Virus record (IMG/VR): IMGVR_UViG_3300037722_000432
Coordinates: 1-62,411 of that record
Source: a virus
Taxonomy: Duplodnaviria; Caudoviricetes
DNA: 62,411 nucleotides
Reading direction: 5' to 3' (one strand)
The notes beneath the pieces were generated by a model, which had not been told where the DNA came from, ran no database searches, and saw nothing but the letters and a program-made list of their open reading frames with translations. Positions within the stretch are counted from its first letter, which is position 1. Every line of letters begins with the position of its first letter. Positions 59,400-62,411 of this stretch are shown here, piece after piece. The translations under genes were made by a program, and so were the position numbers.

Positions 59400-60045
59400 C
59401 CCTATCCCACTAGAGCGCCCATACCTACGCTCTTTAACTCTCTCCGTCTCTCTCTGGGCTCATAGCTCAATCCTCTTTCTCCATTCACTTAGGGAGGATT
59501 CTAAGGGCTCTGGGTAGTGGGCGATTGACAGGGTAGGGGAATGGGAAGAGGGTAGGGAGGAGAGTTAGAGGAGATAGTGGGAGGGTATGAGGTTCTACCA
59601 ACCATACTAGCTATGAGCCTAACCTACGCTATTACGTCACTAAACCCTCAAATAACCCTAGCCATTACCCTATGTAGATAGCGTATAAGTGTAGGGGATA
59701 GGGTAAGTAGAGGGTAGATAACCTAGAGGCAAGGGTAAATAGGGGAGAGATAAGCCCATTGGTTACCCTCAATAGCTCGAGCCCTACCCTACCCATACCC
59801 TCATATACCCTCGCTCTAACCTCACGCCTACCCTATAACCTAGCCTCTCAACCCTCCCCATTACCCTATATGTAAGTGTCATAGTTGAGGGTAAATGGCC
59901 GATGGCCTAACCCGACTGATATGGGGATAAGCAACCGACCGAATTGGGGTGAATGGAGGAGGAGCTAAACCCCGGCATTGGGGTAGGCCGAAGACCTTGG
60001 TAAGCCCCACACGACAATTCCCATCCAAACCCCATCCCTAATCCA
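59400..60045. repeat. Non-coding tract between divergent arms with 13 TACCCT/AGGGTA hexamers
   Basis: Hexamers counted between 59530 and 59893; strongly skewed purine and pyrimidine blocks. Confidence 0.7.
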
Positions 60046-60049
60046 GTAG

Positions 60050-60079
60050 TTGACAAGAGGGGGAATTCGTCCATAAACT
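60050..60079 (+). promoter_or_regulatory. Leaderless promoter of the rightward accessory operon
   Basis: TTGACA-N18-TAAACT-N7-ATG(60087). Confidence 0.75.
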
Positions 60080-60086
60080 CACCCCC

Positions 60087-62240
60087 ATGAGCGACCACGA
60101 CATCAACCAGGAAAGCACCCCGACCATCTCCTACCAAGGCCAGACCTACAACCGCGTATGCGGCCACCCTATGACCGGAATCCTGCTGACCTTCCATTGT
60201 TGCCTGGCACCCAACCACGAGGGCGAACATATGATGGCCGGTTTCTACGCCCGCTACCTGAAGGACGACCTGACTGGGGCTATCTATATGAGGGAAGGAC
60301 GATGATCCAACGCAAAGGCGACCACGCTGTACCCATAGGAGAGAAAAGCCCACCGCCACCCGAGAAAACCCATCTTTTCTACCGGGGAAGACCCATAGCC
60401 ACTACCCCATGCAAGAACTGTGGCGAAACCCTAGCCAAAGACCGATGGGCTGATGGGGGATGGGCTCACCTGGCGACCGCGTCAGTGTATTGCGAGCAGC
60501 CGAAGAGGGCGCGGCCGTGATCCACACCTTCAACGTGTTCAAAACTAAGGTACTCCACTACCCATACCCAACCGAATGGACCCCCTGGTGTTCCTGTGGA
60601 TGGGTGGGGACGGGAGGACGAGGAGGAGAGGAGCCCGCCGCGGAAAGAAGGCAAGAGTTCCTAGACCATCTGAGGGAGGCAACTGGGCCAAGAGTATCCG
60701 CCCTCCTTCCAGACCCATCCACGGAGGAAGAGGAATGACTCACATCAACACCCGCGACCACTACCTCCACAACCCTGACGGGACCCATCGCTCCACCCCG
60801 CCCAACACCAATGGGCACGCCCTCAACGTCTGGGGTCGAGCCCACCGCCGCCACATAGCCGCTCACGAAGCCCGAGGCGACTGGCTTTGTGGAGGATGCA
60901 ACTGTTGGACCTCGACCAATCACTGGCGTAAAGGTGCGGACGGAGTTATGTTCCACGCCGGTCCTGACGCTCCCCCAAGTGATGAAACCTCTCTCCCCCA
61001 GAATTTCGCTAGCTGAGATCTCATCCCTAACCAAGTAGTTGTGCTCGGGTGGGCTGGCTACTACCATCGGGGCGCACATACAGTCCAAGATGACCCCGCG
61101 CGTAAGGTTCACCAAAGGAGCCCCACACAATGCTCGACCTCAACATCATCCTCGACGGGGACGGCGCATGGCCGGATCTCGCAGAGAAAGAAGTCATCGC
61201 CCTCGACCCCCATGCCCTCGGCCAGATCCAAGTAGCAGCCCTCATTGATGGACTTGCCAGTGGACGGCCCGCGGTCGCCATACGAGTGGACCTACCAGAT
61301 GGAAAAGTGAGGAACTTCAATGAATGAAGTTCAACAGACGACCAAGGAGGGCTTTATGGCCGAAGGAGCGATGGATTTCGTAGGGAAGATATACGAGATC
61401 AAGGGGAAGATCAACAGGGGGGAGGCTCTTGGGAATCTCTACTGGGCAGGAGAAAGGTTCCCCCACCCAGGATTGTATATGTGGAATGGGGAGGAGAATG
61501 TTCTGGTGAGAAGTAGGGAGGAGATCGACCAGATGATGACGGGGAAAGGGTGAGATGCAGGAGACTCCGAATGAGCAAATGGCCTGATCCGTTTGTGTGC
61601 CGATACCGCTGGGAGCCACGCTGGATCTACGGTCTGCGTTACCGGTGGTGGTTGAGAAGTTGGCCGCCCAAATGACCTTGCCTGATACTCCGTTCGTCTG
61701 TGAGAACATCGACGTGGGTGCTCTCCGTAAGCTCAAGCGATGCACCCACAAGCCAATCGAAGGACGCCCGAGGGTTTGGTATGACCGCGCCGGATCGTGG
61801 GGAGACATGATGGGTCAGGGGCCTGGGGAGTTCTGTGAGCGGTGTGTGTATCTCCAGGGTTACGATGCCGAGGAGGTCATCGCTGCTGCTCTCGGTGAGG
61901 TCATACCCGCCGAAGTGGAGAGCTATTGGGTCTTTCCGGGGACTCAACGCTACGTCACGAAATTCCAGCCCGTGGTATCGGACAAGGAATGAACGCGCCA
62001 CGTACTAACACCCGCCAGTTCTGTCATCGTTGCAATGCGGTGGATCGGATCGGGTTTCTCGCTCCGAAGGAACTGTGGCGTCTGGTTGCTGGACCTCGGT
62101 GGGAGCATGACATTCTCTGCCTGGCGTGTTTCGCTGAGATCGGAGACGAGAAGGGCATCGAATGGGACGTGGCCGAATTGGAGTTCTACCCGGTGTCGTA
62201 TGTGACTCTCAATCGCAATCGGGTATCGGACAAGGAATAA
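60087..62240 (+). CDS. Run of small hypothetical genes, many Cys-rich (60087-60305, 60302-60520, 60517-60738, 60735-61016, 61130-61327, 61320-61553, 61672-61992, 61989-62240)
   Basis: ATGA/GTGA-coupled ORFs; CxxC motifs. Confidence 0.55.
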
Positions 62241-62242
62241 CA

Positions 62243-62411
62243 GTGAGCCTCTCTTATCGTCCGCTGCATGATTGTGAGCTTCCAGACCTCCCCGAGCGGG
62301 GTCGTATCGGTGAACGTCATCAGTTGGTCGCTCGTTGGAAGTGCCCCGAGTGCCGGTCCAAGTGGATACTGGCAGCGGAGTTCATCGTTGGGGATCGCAT
62401 TACCTGGCAAC
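62243..62411 (+). CDS. Zn-ribbon protein spanning the circular join (ends at 125)
   Basis: MSLSYRPLHDCELP...WKCPECRSKW...LEEQQ is continuous across the overlap. Confidence 0.7.
   Translation, partial: MSLSYRPLHDCELPDLPERGRIGERHQLVARWKCPECRSKWILAAEFIVGDRITWQ

Noticed and set aside
1-62411. Genome-wide TAG reassignment (alternative genetic code)
   Set aside because: Many genes (portal, tail tube, TMP) end cleanly at TAG, coding density is high in code 11, and zero-gap junctions also occur with TAA and TGA.
62355-62411. 57-bp terminal repeat as the physical genome end
   Set aside because: It falls in the middle of an ORF and has the length of an assembler overlap.

Overview
The window is an apparently complete, circularly assembled 62.35-kb siphovirus-type tailed phage genome. 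The first 57 bp repeat the last 57 bp, and an ORF reads through the join. The host is probably an actinobacterium, inferred from WhiB, an LPxTG protein and many leaderless genes. Layout: small accessory genes (60.1-6.8 kb across the join), TerS/TerL, a ~780-nt ORF-poor highly structured RNA region containing an atypical initiator-type tRNA(CAT), head-tail genes (10.3-32.9 kb, including a JAB protease and a -1 frameshifted tail chaperone), and lysis genes interrupted by a TopoVI-A-like TOPRIM gene. A minus-strand DNA-metabolism block follows (WhiB, MTase, UDG, ERCC4, Sak4-like ATPase, PD-(D/E)xK nuclease, SSB-like, SWIM-DinG helicase) with an inserted Tad1-like anti-defence gene. A CGCG-rich early-like region (51.6-60 kb) carries a 25-bp inverted repeat and a TACCCT-rich non-coding tract. 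I recognised no integrase, DNA polymerase, primase or prohead protease. The most notable candidate system is the giant structured RNA with its embedded non-canonical fMet-like tRNA between terL and portal. It co-occurs with translation oddities: leaderless genes, a conserved start-associated 10-mer and in-frame amber codons. All calls were made by eye from motifs; no searches were run.
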